Assembly: GCA_965242865.1 (NCBI GenBank)
Contig: CBDETK010000013.1
Location: 2,976,001 to 3,040,000 of the forward strand
Length of the DNA: 64,000 nucleotides
Direction: 5' to 3'
From: Candidatus Latescibacterota bacterium
GTDB lineage: Bacteria; Latescibacterota; UBA2968; UBA8231
Shown here one piece after another: positions 41,965 to 52,007 of the stretch. The position numbers and the translations under genes are program-made. The notes beneath the pieces were generated by a model. The model had not been told where the DNA came from and did no database searches. It saw only the letters and a program-made list of their open reading frames with translations. Position 1 is the first letter of the stretch. The number at the start of each line of letters is the position of its first letter.

Positions 41965-42066
41965 GAAAGAGAGACCATGAAGATCACGCCCTCCCTCGGT
42001 GCTGAAAACCGCCACTGGTCCTTGCTGAAAATTTTTACGGACGAAGGCACTGTCGGCCTCAGCGAG
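41965..42066 (+). repeat. Orphaned duplicate of the 5' end of the enolase-superfamily gene (45378-45494)
   Basis: MKI[15-bp deletion]TPSLGAENRHWSLLKIFTDEGTVGL; three synonymous differences; ends overlapping the helicase stop codon. Confidence 0.9.
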
Positions 42067-45000
42067 AGGCTTCGTCGAGCAAACGGTCCTGTGTTTTCCT
42101 GATTTCTTCAATCACTGAGTCCGTTTCCTCGTGGCAGCACCACGCCGGTATCCGTAGAATCGTCCAACCGAGATTGCCTAGGACGCGGTCTCGTGTAATA
42201 TCTTGACGCCGTTGTCGGCCTCTGGCGTCAAGATGCTGATCGCCGTCAACCTCGATGTTCAGCTTGATTCCTTGTTCCAGCAGCGCAAAGTCCAGCTCGT
42301 ACCCCTCTACCTCGAGCTTGCCGTAAGGTAAGAGGCCCTGGAGTTGCATGGCATCGAGCAGGATTTTCTCAGACGTGCTGTCTGTGCGGAACCCGGCGGA
42401 CGGCAAACCAGTGCCCTCATTCCGGGCGACCTCATCGCGCAGATAGACCCGCAGAGAGGCCAAGGTTGGACTCCCCAAATCTCCCATGAGCGGGTGACCG
42501 AGGACGATTAGCACTCGACGAGCACGGGAGACAGCCACGTTGAGGAGATTTCTCTCTTTTTCTATCCAACGGGCACCGCTCTTGGACATGCTGGGCGAGA
42601 GCACGGAAGAAAGAACGATCGCATCGCGCTCGTCTCCCTGCAGGCGGTGTGCGGTTCCGCTTACAAAATCGAGGTCGTCTAAGAGGTCTTGGCCGAATTG
42701 CGTTTTGGCTATCTGATCAATGAGGCGCGCCTGTGCGGTGAACGGAGTTACCACGCCAACGGTTTTGTAACCGGATTCGATTACGCCACGAAGTTGCTTC
42801 ACGGTTTCCACGGCCTCTGCTTGGTTTAGCCAGCTTCCAGCGGCGGGCCGTACTGCCGCACCGTCAACATCGCACCAGTAGATGGCGCGATCGCGCTGGG
42901 ATATATCGGAGACATCCGTCAATACGGCGAGTTCGCCCCTGTAGAACGTCTTGTTGAACCAACGGGCGATGTGTGGGTGGCAGCGGTAGTGCTCGTTGAG
43001 AAAAACTGGTGTTTGGGGTCTTGCGGCAAACTCAAAGGCGGAGTACGCCGAACCGTCTTTGTGGTGAATGCCGCGGGCGCGTAGATCGTCGTTGTCGAAC
43101 CCCGTCTGCGTGGCGATCTCCTGTAAGAGCCCATCGCTGAGGGAAATGATCGGATTCAGTTGGTATGGGTCCCCCACGACCGCCAAACGTTTTGCTCGGT
43201 AAGCCAACGGCAGTACGGCCGCAAGGCTGCACTGGCTGGCCTCGTCGACGATCACGAGGTCAAACAGTCCTGATTCCAAGGGGAAGTTGGAATGCGCTGT
43301 TAATGCCGTGCATGCCCAGCCTCGTAAGTGGTGAAACGAATTGCCAATCGCTCTTCTAAAGCGGTCGCCGTTGGCGGGGATTGCGCCGAAAACTGCTAGA
43401 CGGTCAGCACCGGCAGAGACTCGCGTTGCCGTGTCCATGCGAATTGCACAGAGGCTTGCATCTGCCCATTGCTGGTCTGCTTCGCGCACACGAATCGCAG
43501 GGTCGCCCACCGCGGATTTTAGTTGTTGACGTTCAGTTCGTCCAATTTCCAATTGGGAGGTCAGCTTTGCTATGCGCTGATCAATTTTTGCCCAAGTGAC
43601 GAGTTGCTCCAATGGAGCGTTGTCAAGGCAACTAAGTCGCTGGCGGAAGCGACGCGCACGAAAGCGACGGAACAACCACGCCTTCAACAACTGGCTAGTT
43701 CGTCGTTCTATTTCGTGGGAACCAATGGGCAGTTCAGGAGGGCTCGCGTCAGTCCAGAGCGTGTGCGCCGCCTCTTTCAAGGCTGACCTGAGTTCCTCCT
43801 GCTCCTCTACAATCTGCAACAGTTTCGCATCCAGTTCGTCCAGCCGCGCCAGTTGCTCCATTAGCTGGGTGCGCTCAGTGGCGGCTCGCTTCAACTGGGC
43901 GTACGCTGCGGCTTGGTTGCCTCGGTGCGCTGCCACCTGAGCCGAGGCCGCGGCGATGCGATCCGGGACCTGCTCGCGTACGCCGCGATTGCCGGTGCGG
44001 ACTAACAAGCCGCTACTCACGTCCTTTTCCGCACGGTCGACGGCCACGTCAACCGCACCATTGTTGGTCGAGGTCACCAAGACTTTGTCGCCATCTAGCC
44101 ACGCATTCGCGACCGCGTTGACTACGAGTTGCGTCTTGCCGGTCCCAGGGGGGCCGGTCACGACCGTCAGAGGTTCTCTGCGGAGACGCTCGAGTGTTTC
44201 CTCTTGTGATTGGTTGCATACAAGCGGAGCCGCAAGAGGCCCGGATGGGGGGCGCTTGTTTTCCTTTTGCGCGAAACCGTTGCAGAGAAGATGGGCCGCA
44301 GCCGTAGTTGACCAGTCTTCTCGGGTCTGTAGTTGTCGCAGTTCCTCGCGAAGGGTGCTGGTATAGCCAGACCACTCTGCCACAACCGAAATCGCGGCGT
44401 TGTAGATGCCCTTTTTGCGCTCGATGTTCGGTGCGAGGATTCTAGCGTTGAGAGGCGACGCGAGTTGGAGTCCGAGCAGGTCGGCCGTTCGTTGGGCGAG
44501 GTCGCCAAAAGCGTCGGCATCTCCGAATGGCAAGCCGAGACTTAACAGGTCGCTGATGTCTTCGGCGACCGAGGGATCGAAGATGCCGCTTGCCGTGATG
44601 GCCAAATTGAACTCTGGCTCTGTAGTAGCGCGAAGTTCCCATTGGTGGTTGGGGCCTTGTTCTGGTTCGATCTGGACAGCAAAAAGAGGGGCAACCTTGG
44701 GCATGTGATCGCGGTCAGTTACGACGACAGTCGGCCAGCCGTAGATGATTGACTGCGTACGAGATCGCAGTTTATCGGGAAGCCCGCTAGGCGCCGGCGT
44801 CGAGTCGCTTTGCCCGACCACCAGTTTCTCTTCTCCAAGGTGTGAGAACCACAGAGCGTTCTCCTTGACGTATGGAACCAGTGATTTCGCTGCTTCCGCT
44901 TCAATGCACCGTTGCGCATAACTGCATAGTTGCTGCCAAGGAGTTTGCCCGCTGTTGGCAGCCGGCTTTGAAGAGATCGAACCGCTGGGGCCTGCGTGTG

Positions 45001-45193
45001 CGGCCGTATTCCGCGAACTGCCTGCTGGGACTCGGACCGAGGAACTCTCGCCACTCGCGCAGTCAATACACCAGACCTCTTTTGACGATGGCGACCACTG
45101 AGCGCGCTGGCCCGCCTCTAGCCTTACTGCACACGATCGGCAGCGTCCGGCGAACTTCAGCCGGATGAAACGCAGCTCTTTGGGAAGTTTCAT
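42059..45193 (-). CDS. Superfamily 1 (UPF1/DNA2-like) helicase with N-terminal Zn finger and C-terminal DUF559/Vsr-like endonuclease
   Basis: CRSC...CIDC; TGPPGTGKT, STNNGAVD, VDEASQ, VGDPYQL, EHYRCHP, TAHRLQGDE, NVAVSRAR; YELDFAL...IEVDGDQH...RDRVL..LGW. Confidence 0.88.
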   Translation of the reverse strand: MKLPKELRFIRLKFAGRCRSCAVRLEAGQRAQWSPSSKEVWCIDCASGESSSVRVPAGSSRNTAAHAGPSGSISSKPAANSGQTPWQQLCSYAQRCIEAEAAKSLVPYVKENALWFSHLGEEKLVVGQSDSTPAPSGLPDKLRSRTQSIIYGWPTVVVTDRDHMPKVAPLFAVQIEPEQGPNHQWELRATTEPEFNLAITASGIFDPSVAEDISDLLSLGLPFGDADAFGDLAQRTADLLGLQLASPLNARILAPNIERKKGIYNAAISVVAEWSGYTSTLREELRQLQTREDWSTTAAAHLLCNGFAQKENKRPPSGPLAAPLVCNQSQEETLERLRREPLTVVTGPPGTGKTQLVVNAVANAWLDGDKVLVTSTNNGAVDVAVDRAEKDVSSGLLVRTGNRGVREQVPDRIAAASAQVAAHRGNQAAAYAQLKRAATERTQLMEQLARLDELDAKLLQIVEEQEELRSALKEAAHTLWTDASPPELPIGSHEIERRTSQLLKAWLFRRFRARRFRQRLSCLDNAPLEQLVTWAKIDQRIAKLTSQLEIGRTERQQLKSAVGDPAIRVREADQQWADASLCAIRMDTATRVSAGADRLAVFGAIPANGDRFRRAIGNSFHHLRGWACTALTAHSNFPLESGLFDLVIVDEASQCSLAAVLPLAYRAKRLAVVGDPYQLNPIISLSDGLLQEIATQTGFDNDDLRARGIHHKDGSAYSAFEFAARPQTPVFLNEHYRCHPHIARWFNKTFYRGELAVLTDVSDISQRDRAIYWCDVDGAAVRPAAGSWLNQAEAVETVKQLRGVIESGYKTVGVVTPFTAQARLIDQIAKTQFGQDLLDDLDFVSGTAHRLQGDERDAIVLSSVLSPSMSKSGARWIEKERNLLNVAVSRARRVLIVLGHPLMGDLGSPTLASLRVYLRDEVARNEGTGLPSAGFRTDSTSEKILLDAMQLQGLLPYGKLEVEGYELDFALLEQGIKLNIEVDGDQHLDARGRQRRQDITRDRVLGNLGWTILRIPAWCCHEETDSVIEEIRKTQDRLLDEASR

Positions 45194-45389
45194 CTTCGGT
45201 CTCCAGAGGACAGCGGGTTGTTGGTCGACACGCCCTGATTGTCGAGGCCATAGAATAGGGCTATTATAAACTCGGCTAAACTGAAAGGGGAGCAAACCTT
45301 CGCCCAGGGAATGCCCTAGACTACGGTCAACCCACCAGCATCATTGGTTCACTAAACCGCATTGATTTTAAGCTGGAGAAAGCGAGAAC

Positions 45390-46550
45390 ATGAAGATCAC
45401 CGACATTAAGGTCACGCCCTCCCTCGGCGCTGAAAATCGCCACTGGTCCTTGCTGAAAATTTTCACGGACGAAGGCCTTGTCGGCCTCGGCGAGTGGACC
45501 GCTGGAGGCCCCATCGAGCAGCTCAAACAAATGCTCATCGGCCGCGACCCGACCAACATCAATCGGCTGCACTACGACCACCTGTGGCAGATGCAGGGCC
45601 GCGGCGCCGGCGTGGAAATCGCCCTGTGGGACCTGCGCGGCAAGCAGCTAAACGTGCCCATGCACGAGCTTTTGGGCGGCAAACTGCGCGACCGCGTCCG
45701 CGTGTACTGCGACTGCCACTCGGGGGCACACTGGACGAGGGAAGACTACGAGCGGCGCTGGCAGGAGACGCGAGCCAGCGGGCAATTGGACCCGGTGTAC
45801 GAAACCAGCGCCTACGTGTCCATGGCCCAAGAGGTGGTGGCCGAAGGATACACCGCGGTCAAGTTCGACCTCGACGTGCCCAACCCTTGGAAGCTCGACG
45901 CGTACGACCGCTCCATCAGTCGTCGGCAGCACCACCACATCGTCTCCACCATCGAAAGCCTGCGCCAAGCGATTGGCCCTTACATCGACCTAGCTATCGA
46001 TTTGCACGGTTCCTTCAACTTGGCCGACGCCCTCCGCATCTGCAAAGACGTAGAACACCTCGACCTGCTTTGGTTGGAGGATCCCATTCGCTGGGAATGG
46101 GGCAATGTCGCTGCATTGGCCAAAATCTGCCGACAGACTGAAACGCCGATCTGCACCGGCGAGATTTTCTACGGCGCCAAAATGTTCCGCGAGCTCATGG
46201 AACAACAGGCTTGCGACCTGCTCGAACCGGACATCCCCCACAGCGGCGGCGCCATTGAAATCCGCCGCATCGCCGAGTTGGCCGAGATGTACCACACTTC
46301 GCTAGCACCCCACTACATGCGGAGCGCGGTTACGGGCATGGCCGCAGTCCACATCTGCGCCACCCTGCCCAATTTCCTCGCCTTAGAGCACCACTCGCGC
46401 AACATCCCCCTGTGGAGCACCATGCTCGACATCAAGAACCCCATTCAGCAGGGTTACATCGCCGTGCCCAACGGCCCAGGCCTAGGCGTCAGTCTAGACG
46501 AAGAAGCCATCGCGGCCGCGCTGCCTGCCGGGGTGCCGCTGTGGTCCTGA
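45390..46550 (+). CDS. Mandelate racemase/muconate lactonizing enzyme family (acid-sugar dehydratase-like)
   Basis: TDEGLVGLGE, EIALWDL, KFD, DLHG, WLEDP, TGE, PGLGV. Confidence 0.9.
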   Translation: MKITDIKVTPSLGAENRHWSLLKIFTDEGLVGLGEWTAGGPIEQLKQMLIGRDPTNINRLHYDHLWQMQGRGAGVEIALWDLRGKQLNVPMHELLGGKLRDRVRVYCDCHSGAHWTREDYERRWQETRASGQLDPVYETSAYVSMAQEVVAEGYTAVKFDLDVPNPWKLDAYDRSISRRQHHHIVSTIESLRQAIGPYIDLAIDLHGSFNLADALRICKDVEHLDLLWLEDPIRWEWGNVAALAKICRQTETPICTGEIFYGAKMFRELMEQQACDLLEPDIPHSGGAIEIRRIAELAEMYHTSLAPHYMRSAVTGMAAVHICATLPNFLALEHHSRNIPLWSTMLDIKNPIQQGYIAVPNGPGLGVSLDEEAIAAALPAGVPLWS

Positions 46551-46578
46551 GCCACTGCCTATTTCATTAGGAGCTTTT

Positions 46579-48030
46579 ATGGAATTTCAAAACTACATCG
46601 ACGGCCAGTGGGTTGGGGCCTCGGACGGACAGACCTTTGTCCAGCGCAATCCAGCCGACCTAACGCACGTAACCGGGGAGTGGCCCCAAGGCACCCGCGC
46701 CGACGCCGAGCAGGCCATTGAAGCGGCCCACGCGGCGTTTCCAGCGTGGGCCGACCTGGGGGTGTACCAGCGGGCCGAGTACTTGTCGCGGGCAGTGGCC
46801 GTGCTAAAGGGACGGGCCGAAGAAATCGCCGCCATCCTCACCGCAGAAAACGGCAAGACGCTCGACGAAGCGCGCACCGAGGTGGGGTCGGCCGTGCGCG
46901 AGATGGAGTTCCAAATCGCCCAAGGGATCTCCTCCTGCGGCCAGACCGCGCCCTCGGCCCAAGCAGGGGTGTTTGCCTACAGCGTGCGGCGGCCCCTCGG
47001 GGTAGCGTCGATCATCAGCCCTTGGAACTTTCCGTTCAACGTGCCGGGGCGCAAGTGCATGCCGGCCCTGATCAGCGGCAACACCATCGTCTTCAAGCCA
47101 GCGAGCCTGACGCCCGGAGCGGGGCGGGCTTTCGTGGATATTTTCGTCGAGGCCGGGCTGCCGGCGGGCGTGCTGAACTTCGTCTGCGGTGGGGGGAGTA
47201 CGGTCGGGGAAACCATGATCACGCATCCATTGGTGCAGTCGATTTCCTTTACCGGCTCGACCCAAGTGGGCCGGGGCATTCAGCAGCGCGCGGCCCAAGG
47301 GCTAATCCGCACCCAACTGGAGATGGGCGGCAAAAACCCCGCGGTGATCTTGGCCGACGCCGATCTCGACATGGCGGCCGATGCCGTCGTCAAGGCGGCC
47401 TACGCCTGCGCCGGGCAGTGGTGTACTTCGACGAGCCGGGCCATTGCCGTGCGCGAGGTCGCGGCCGCCTTTACCGACAAGGTGCTAGAGCGCGTCGAGC
47501 GAATTCGGGTGGGGAATGGGCTGGATGCTGGGGTGGATATGGGGCCGGTGTGCGGCACGGACCAGCTCGCAACCATTGAGGGCTATATCGAGATCGGCAA
47601 GGCGGAAGGGGGCTGCATCGCGCATGGGGGCGAGCGTCTGACCGCCAACGGGCTAGACCGAGGGTGTTTTATCGCGCCGACGGTCTTTACCAAGGTCCAG
47701 CCGCCGATGCGGATCGCGCAGGAGGAAATTTTCGGCCCGGTATTGTGCCTGATGGTCGCCGCGGATTTTTCTGAAGCCCTAGCAATCGCCAATGGCGTGG
47801 AGTTTGGGCTGGCGTCGTCCATTTTCACGCGGGACCTTGGGCGGGCTTTTGAGTTTTTGGAGAAAACCGACGTGGGGCTGACGCACGTAAACATGATGAC
47901 GGCCTACCGCGAGCCTCAGCTCTCATTTGGCGGGGTAAAGGCTTCCGGGCACGGGATTCCGGAATCGGGCGACACCGGGATCGAGTTCTTCACCGAGCAC
48001 AAGGTCGCTTTTATCAATTACCTCCAATAG
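46579..48030 (+). CDS. Aldehyde dehydrogenase (alpha-ketoglutaric semialdehyde dehydrogenase-like)
   Basis: SPWNFP, FTGSTQVG, LEMGGKN, GQWC, EEIFGPV. Confidence 0.92.
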   Translation: MEFQNYIDGQWVGASDGQTFVQRNPADLTHVTGEWPQGTRADAEQAIEAAHAAFPAWADLGVYQRAEYLSRAVAVLKGRAEEIAAILTAENGKTLDEARTEVGSAVREMEFQIAQGISSCGQTAPSAQAGVFAYSVRRPLGVASIISPWNFPFNVPGRKCMPALISGNTIVFKPASLTPGAGRAFVDIFVEAGLPAGVLNFVCGGGSTVGETMITHPLVQSISFTGSTQVGRGIQQRAAQGLIRTQLEMGGKNPAVILADADLDMAADAVVKAAYACAGQWCTSTSRAIAVREVAAAFTDKVLERVERIRVGNGLDAGVDMGPVCGTDQLATIEGYIEIGKAEGGCIAHGGERLTANGLDRGCFIAPTVFTKVQPPMRIAQEEIFGPVLCLMVAADFSEALAIANGVEFGLASSIFTRDLGRAFEFLEKTDVGLTHVNMMTAYREPQLSFGGVKASGHGIPESGDTGIEFFTEHKVAFINYLQ

Positions 48031-48802
48031 GCTGGTAGGTCGGGAAGACGCACGGGAAGGCGCGGCCCGTGGTCGTTTGGCGGGTGGCCGCGTCAATGTA
48101 GCAGACGCTGAATGCGCGGCGCGGCCGGTTGGTGGTATTCGTCTCCGAGCGGTGCAAGGTCCAGTTGTGCAAGAGCACCGCCTCGCCTTTTTCCATTTCC
48201 AAGTAGAGCCGCTGCTCGTCGGGTGCGTGCAGGGCGCGCTCGCCCGCCGAAAGCAGGTCGCCCGTTGCGGGGATCATGCTGTGGTGCGATCCGGGGATGA
48301 TTTGCAGGCAGCCGTTGGCAACGCACGTGTCGTCGAGCGCGGTCCACACCGTGACTTGGGGAGGAATGCTCAGGTGCCAGCCGCCCGCGCCATCTTGGTG
48401 CCAGTTGATCGTGACGCCTTGCTCGGCCGGCTTGTTGAAAAACATGGCGCGGAAGATCGCGATCTCCGCGCCGATAATTTTGGCGGTTAGGTCGCGGAAG
48501 AGCGGCTTTTGCAAATAGCCCAAGAACAGCGGATCCTGCTCCAAGTCCTGAATTTTGCGGTACTTGAGCGAAGACCCCTTAAACTCCTTGGTCTGCCGCG
48601 CAAGCTCGGGATTGCCGACCGAAGGACACAGCTGCATGAGCATGTCGTCGTAGCGCACTTGCCCGAGCATGATCTGGTCGATGCGCTGGCAGAGGGCGTC
48701 GATTTCGGTGCGCGGGGCCACGTGGCCGAGGCGCACGTACCCCTGCCCGTGAAACTGATCGAGTTCGGCGGCACTGAGCGCGGGGGCGTGGAGAACGGTC
48801 AT
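48014..48802 (-). CDS. PhyH-family dioxygenase
   Basis: WHQD, VWTALDD...NGCL..IPGSH, LHRS. Confidence 0.9.
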   Translation of the reverse strand: MTVLHAPALSAAELDQFHGQGYVRLGHVAPRTEIDALCQRIDQIMLGQVRYDDMLMQLCPSVGNPELARQTKEFKGSSLKYRKIQDLEQDPLFLGYLQKPLFRDLTAKIIGAEIAIFRAMFFNKPAEQGVTINWHQDGAGGWHLSIPPQVTVWTALDDTCVANGCLQIIPGSHHSMIPATGDLLSAGERALHAPDEQRLYLEMEKGEAVLLHNWTLHRSETNTTNRPRRAFSVCYIDAATRQTTTGRAFPCVFPTYQPIGGN

Positions 48803-48830
48803 GGCGAGCTCCTTGGGTCTTAGGTTTCAA

Positions 48831-49472
48831 TTAAGCGAGGCGAGCGAGCGCGTCTTGCCGGCTGATGCGGCGGAAGGATTGTTCGAGGACGGGGCCGTGC
48901 CAGCCCTCTCCGCAGCCGCTGTCGGACACGGACTCAACGACGCTTTGGCACCAAGCGGCGAGCGGATCTGCTGGGCAGCGGATGACCACGTCGGGGTCGG
49001 CAACCGCTCCGGTGGCCGAATACGCATAGCAGGTTTCGATGAGCCGCTCGGCCGCGGCCACCTGCTGCCGCTGGTACTCGTGCGGGGCCGGAGGGCCGTC
49101 GGGCACGAGCAAGATGTTGACCGCGCGGTCGGTGACCGCGTTGAGCCGCGCGGCCGCGGCCGCGCCGACCAACACGTCTTTGTGCGCCGGCCAGATGTCG
49201 AACATCCCGTAGGCCGCCTTGGGCGCACGCGATTGGAAGGTGAAGTAATCGGGGTACGCGAAGAAATCCTCGCCGAGGGCACGGTACGCATTGTAAAAGG
49301 CGGTCGCGTGGGCCATGACCAAATTGACGGCTCCGACGCCTTCGAGGCGATTGGGCGCGAGCAGCCCCAGCCTTTTGGTGTGGGTAAAGCCGCGAAAGTA
49401 CTCGGCCAGCGCGACCGGGCGGCCGCGGACGATCATCTCAAAGTCGCCGTCGCGGAGTTTTGAACTGTGCAT
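48831..49472 (-). CDS. Hypothetical protein
   Basis: In-operon ORF with host-like codon use; FFAYPDYF...FDIWP motif. Confidence 0.65.
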   Translation of the reverse strand: MHSSKLRDGDFEMIVRGRPVALAEYFRGFTHTKRLGLLAPNRLEGVGAVNLVMAHATAFYNAYRALGEDFFAYPDYFTFQSRAPKAAYGMFDIWPAHKDVLVGAAAAARLNAVTDRAVNILLVPDGPPAPHEYQRQQVAAAERLIETCYAYSATGAVADPDVVIRCPADPLAAWCQSVVESVSDSGCGEGWHGPVLEQSFRRISRQDALARLA

Positions 49473-49482
49473 GGGGGAAGTC

Positions 49483-50268
49483 CTACTCCAGCAAAATGCC
49501 GCCGTCGAGGACGATGTTTTTACCCGTCATCGACGGGGTTCTACACAGCATTTCAAAAACATAGAGCAGATGCACAGGGGGAACTTCCTGCTTCCACACC
49601 TTCATTAAGTCTTTGACCCCGTCAATGGCTTCGCGGGGCGTGTTGGAAATCATCTGGCCGCTGACAATAACCGGGCTGATGGAATTGACGCGGATGCCAA
49701 ATTCCCTACCGGCTTGCACCGCATAGTTGCGGCTGAGGCCGAGCAGGGCCGCCTTGCTGCACACGTAAGGCGCTCCCACGTACAGCCCGCCCACCAATGC
49801 GGCCAGCGACACGATGTTGATGATTTGCCGGTCGCCGCGACCGTCTTTCATCAGGCCGACCGCGCCTTGGCTCATAAAGGCCGCGCCTTTGGCATTTACA
49901 TTGAGGACGCGGTCCCAGTTGTCCTCGGTCATGTCGAGGAGCTTTACCTCGCTGAGAAGCCCGGCGTTGTTGATGAGCATGTCGAGGCCGTCGTGCTGGT
50001 CGGCTATTTCAGCGTACAGGGATTTGATCTGGGCCACGTCGCTGAGGTCCACGCGATGGACGCTGTACTCGCCGCCGTAGGCCGCGACCGCCTCCACCAC
50101 GTCGTCTTGGGGCGCGACATCTACCAGAATGGGGATCCCGCCGCACGAGGCGATAAAGGTCGCAAAAATTTTCCCAATCGTCCCACTAGAGCCGGTGATA
50201 ATGCAGCGTCGGCCCTTGAGGTATTCTTGCATCGTCACGTACTGCTCAAGCCCTGTACTCCCGTTCAT
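49483..50268 (-). CDS. Short-chain dehydrogenase/reductase
   Basis: TGSSGTIG, NNAG, YVCSK, RVNSISP. Confidence 0.9.
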   Translation of the reverse strand: MNGSTGLEQYVTMQEYLKGRRCIITGSSGTIGKIFATFIASCGGIPILVDVAPQDDVVEAVAAYGGEYSVHRVDLSDVAQIKSLYAEIADQHDGLDMLINNAGLLSEVKLLDMTEDNWDRVLNVNAKGAAFMSQGAVGLMKDGRGDRQIINIVSLAALVGGLYVGAPYVCSKAALLGLSRNYAVQAGREFGIRVNSISPVIVSGQMISNTPREAIDGVKDLMKVWKQEVPPVHLLYVFEMLCRTPSMTGKNIVLDGGILLE

Positions 50269-50316
50269 ATCGCATCTCCTAGCGTTTGGATTAGCCCTAT
50301 TCCCCGCGCCGCACCT

Positions 50317-51900
50317 TCACATACCCCACACGGTGACCTGCGCCGCGCCCACGCCTTCCTCGCGGCGGAATATCTTGTCGTCCCACGCCACCCCGGCCGT
50401 GCGGTCAAAGATCACGAGGTGGCCTTCGCTTGCAGCGCAGCGATCCATATAGGCGCGGGTTTGGTCGAGGCCAGCGACGATGGTCTGCTCCAAGCTCTTG
50501 TACAGCAGCTTGCATTCGATCGCCACCCGCTGCACCGGAGCGTGGCCGGGCATCGGCCATGCGATCAGCAGATCCGTGCGCCGCCGACCCAAGCCATACT
50601 CGCGCTCAATGCGCCCGCCGCTGTTGACGATGCGCTGCAAGAACGCCTGCAATAGCAGTTGGGGGCCAGCTTCCTTGTACTGGAATCGCTCGACCCAGTG
50701 CTCGGAGTGTTCGCGGAAAAACCCTTGGAACGCAGTCAGCAAGTCGTCGAGGCGCAGCCGCCCGTCGGCATCTATGTACCAAGCCGGATCGTGGGCTAGG
50801 TATTCCTGCGTGGTGTAAGTCAGGTCGCGGGGGATGACCTCCGCGTAGATCGGGTTGGCAATGGCGATGGGGCCTTGCCGGCGCAACAGGCCCAAGTCGC
50901 GCACGTATTGCAAATCGTCTTGGGGGATCGCCTCGTCGGATTCGGCCCCACTCAACAGCGGCTCGACCACGCGCCGCACGCGCTCCTCTTGCAACTTGTC
51001 GGTGAGCTGGTCGAGGTGCGTTTCGCGCCGCAGGATGAGCTGCTCGCGGGCGTCGCATATCGCCTCGGCCGCGATCGGACGACTGCGATCTCGCCCGGCC
51101 TTGTTCCTAAAACACGCTTCGTACGCCAAGGCGTTCACCAGCCACGGCTGGCCCTGCGTCAGTTGCCAAACCTCGTCTTGCGCGTCCTCGGCAAACGCCT
51201 GTCCGGTGGTCTCGGTGTGTTGCGCCAACAGCGCCTGCACTTCGCCCGGTGAAAAATCGCCCAAGCGCAGGGACTCGGCGCGGATGTTGAACGCGCTGCC
51301 GCCGGCGATAATTGCGTTCTCGGCAGTAGATTGGATGCGATAATCGCGCACATCGCGCACGCCGCACAGAACGACCGTCTGCGGGTAGTGCTGCGGCCGG
51401 TCGGGATAGCCGGCGCGCAATTGCCGCAGCACGGCCAAGAGCGTGTCGCCGATTAGCGCGTCGATCTCGTCGATCAGCAGCACCAGCGGCTTATCATCGG
51501 CTGCCGACCAGCGGCTCAACGTCCCTTGCAGTGCTTGGTGCGGGCCAAACGCCGCTAGCGCGTTGAGGCTTATATCCCGGAGCGTCAGGTCGCGCAAAAC
51601 AAACTCCGCCTTTAAGGCGAGCTGACCGAGAATGGCCCGGATGGCCTCCCCCACATCCTCCCGCGCCGACTGGCCGATCTCGACGTTGATGCACAGACAG
51701 CGATACCGCCCGCTGGCGTTCAGTTCGTCCTGTAGTGCCAGCAGCGCGGAGGTCTTGCCCGTCTGCCGCGGCGCGTGTAGCACAAAGTACCGCTGTTGCT
51801 CGATCAGCCGCAGGACTTCGTCGCGGTCGAGCCGCTCCAGCGGCGGGATGTGGTAGTGATCGGCCGCGACGATGGGGCCGGCTGTGTTAAAAAAGCGCAT
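50317..51900 (-). CDS. AAA-like ATPase (AAA_35 type) with C-terminal PD-(D/E)xK-like domain
   Basis: MRFFNTAGP, HAPRQTGKT, LIDEID, GQPWLVN; REYGLGRRRTDL...IECK. Confidence 0.85.
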   Translation of the reverse strand: MRFFNTAGPIVAADHYHIPPLERLDRDEVLRLIEQQRYFVLHAPRQTGKTSALLALQDELNASGRYRCLCINVEIGQSAREDVGEAIRAILGQLALKAEFVLRDLTLRDISLNALAAFGPHQALQGTLSRWSAADDKPLVLLIDEIDALIGDTLLAVLRQLRAGYPDRPQHYPQTVVLCGVRDVRDYRIQSTAENAIIAGGSAFNIRAESLRLGDFSPGEVQALLAQHTETTGQAFAEDAQDEVWQLTQGQPWLVNALAYEACFRNKAGRDRSRPIAAEAICDAREQLILRRETHLDQLTDKLQEERVRRVVEPLLSGAESDEAIPQDDLQYVRDLGLLRRQGPIAIANPIYAEVIPRDLTYTTQEYLAHDPAWYIDADGRLRLDDLLTAFQGFFREHSEHWVERFQYKEAGPQLLLQAFLQRIVNSGGRIEREYGLGRRRTDLLIAWPMPGHAPVQRVAIECKLLYKSLEQTIVAGLDQTRAYMDRCAASEGHLVIFDRTAGVAWDDKIFRREEGVGAAQVTVWGM

Positions 51901-52007
51901 GGTGTGCAAACCTCATTCACCGAATCCGTTCCAACTGCTCCACGAGCCAATTGCCGCGCAATAATGCCCAATTCTATTGCTGTGGACAAGCTCTCCGAGG
52001 ACGCTAC

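Noticed and set aside
41890-45390. Classical tmRNA-targeted integrative element
   Set aside because: No integrase and no repeated ssrA 3' end found by eye; the terminator is still next to ssrA.
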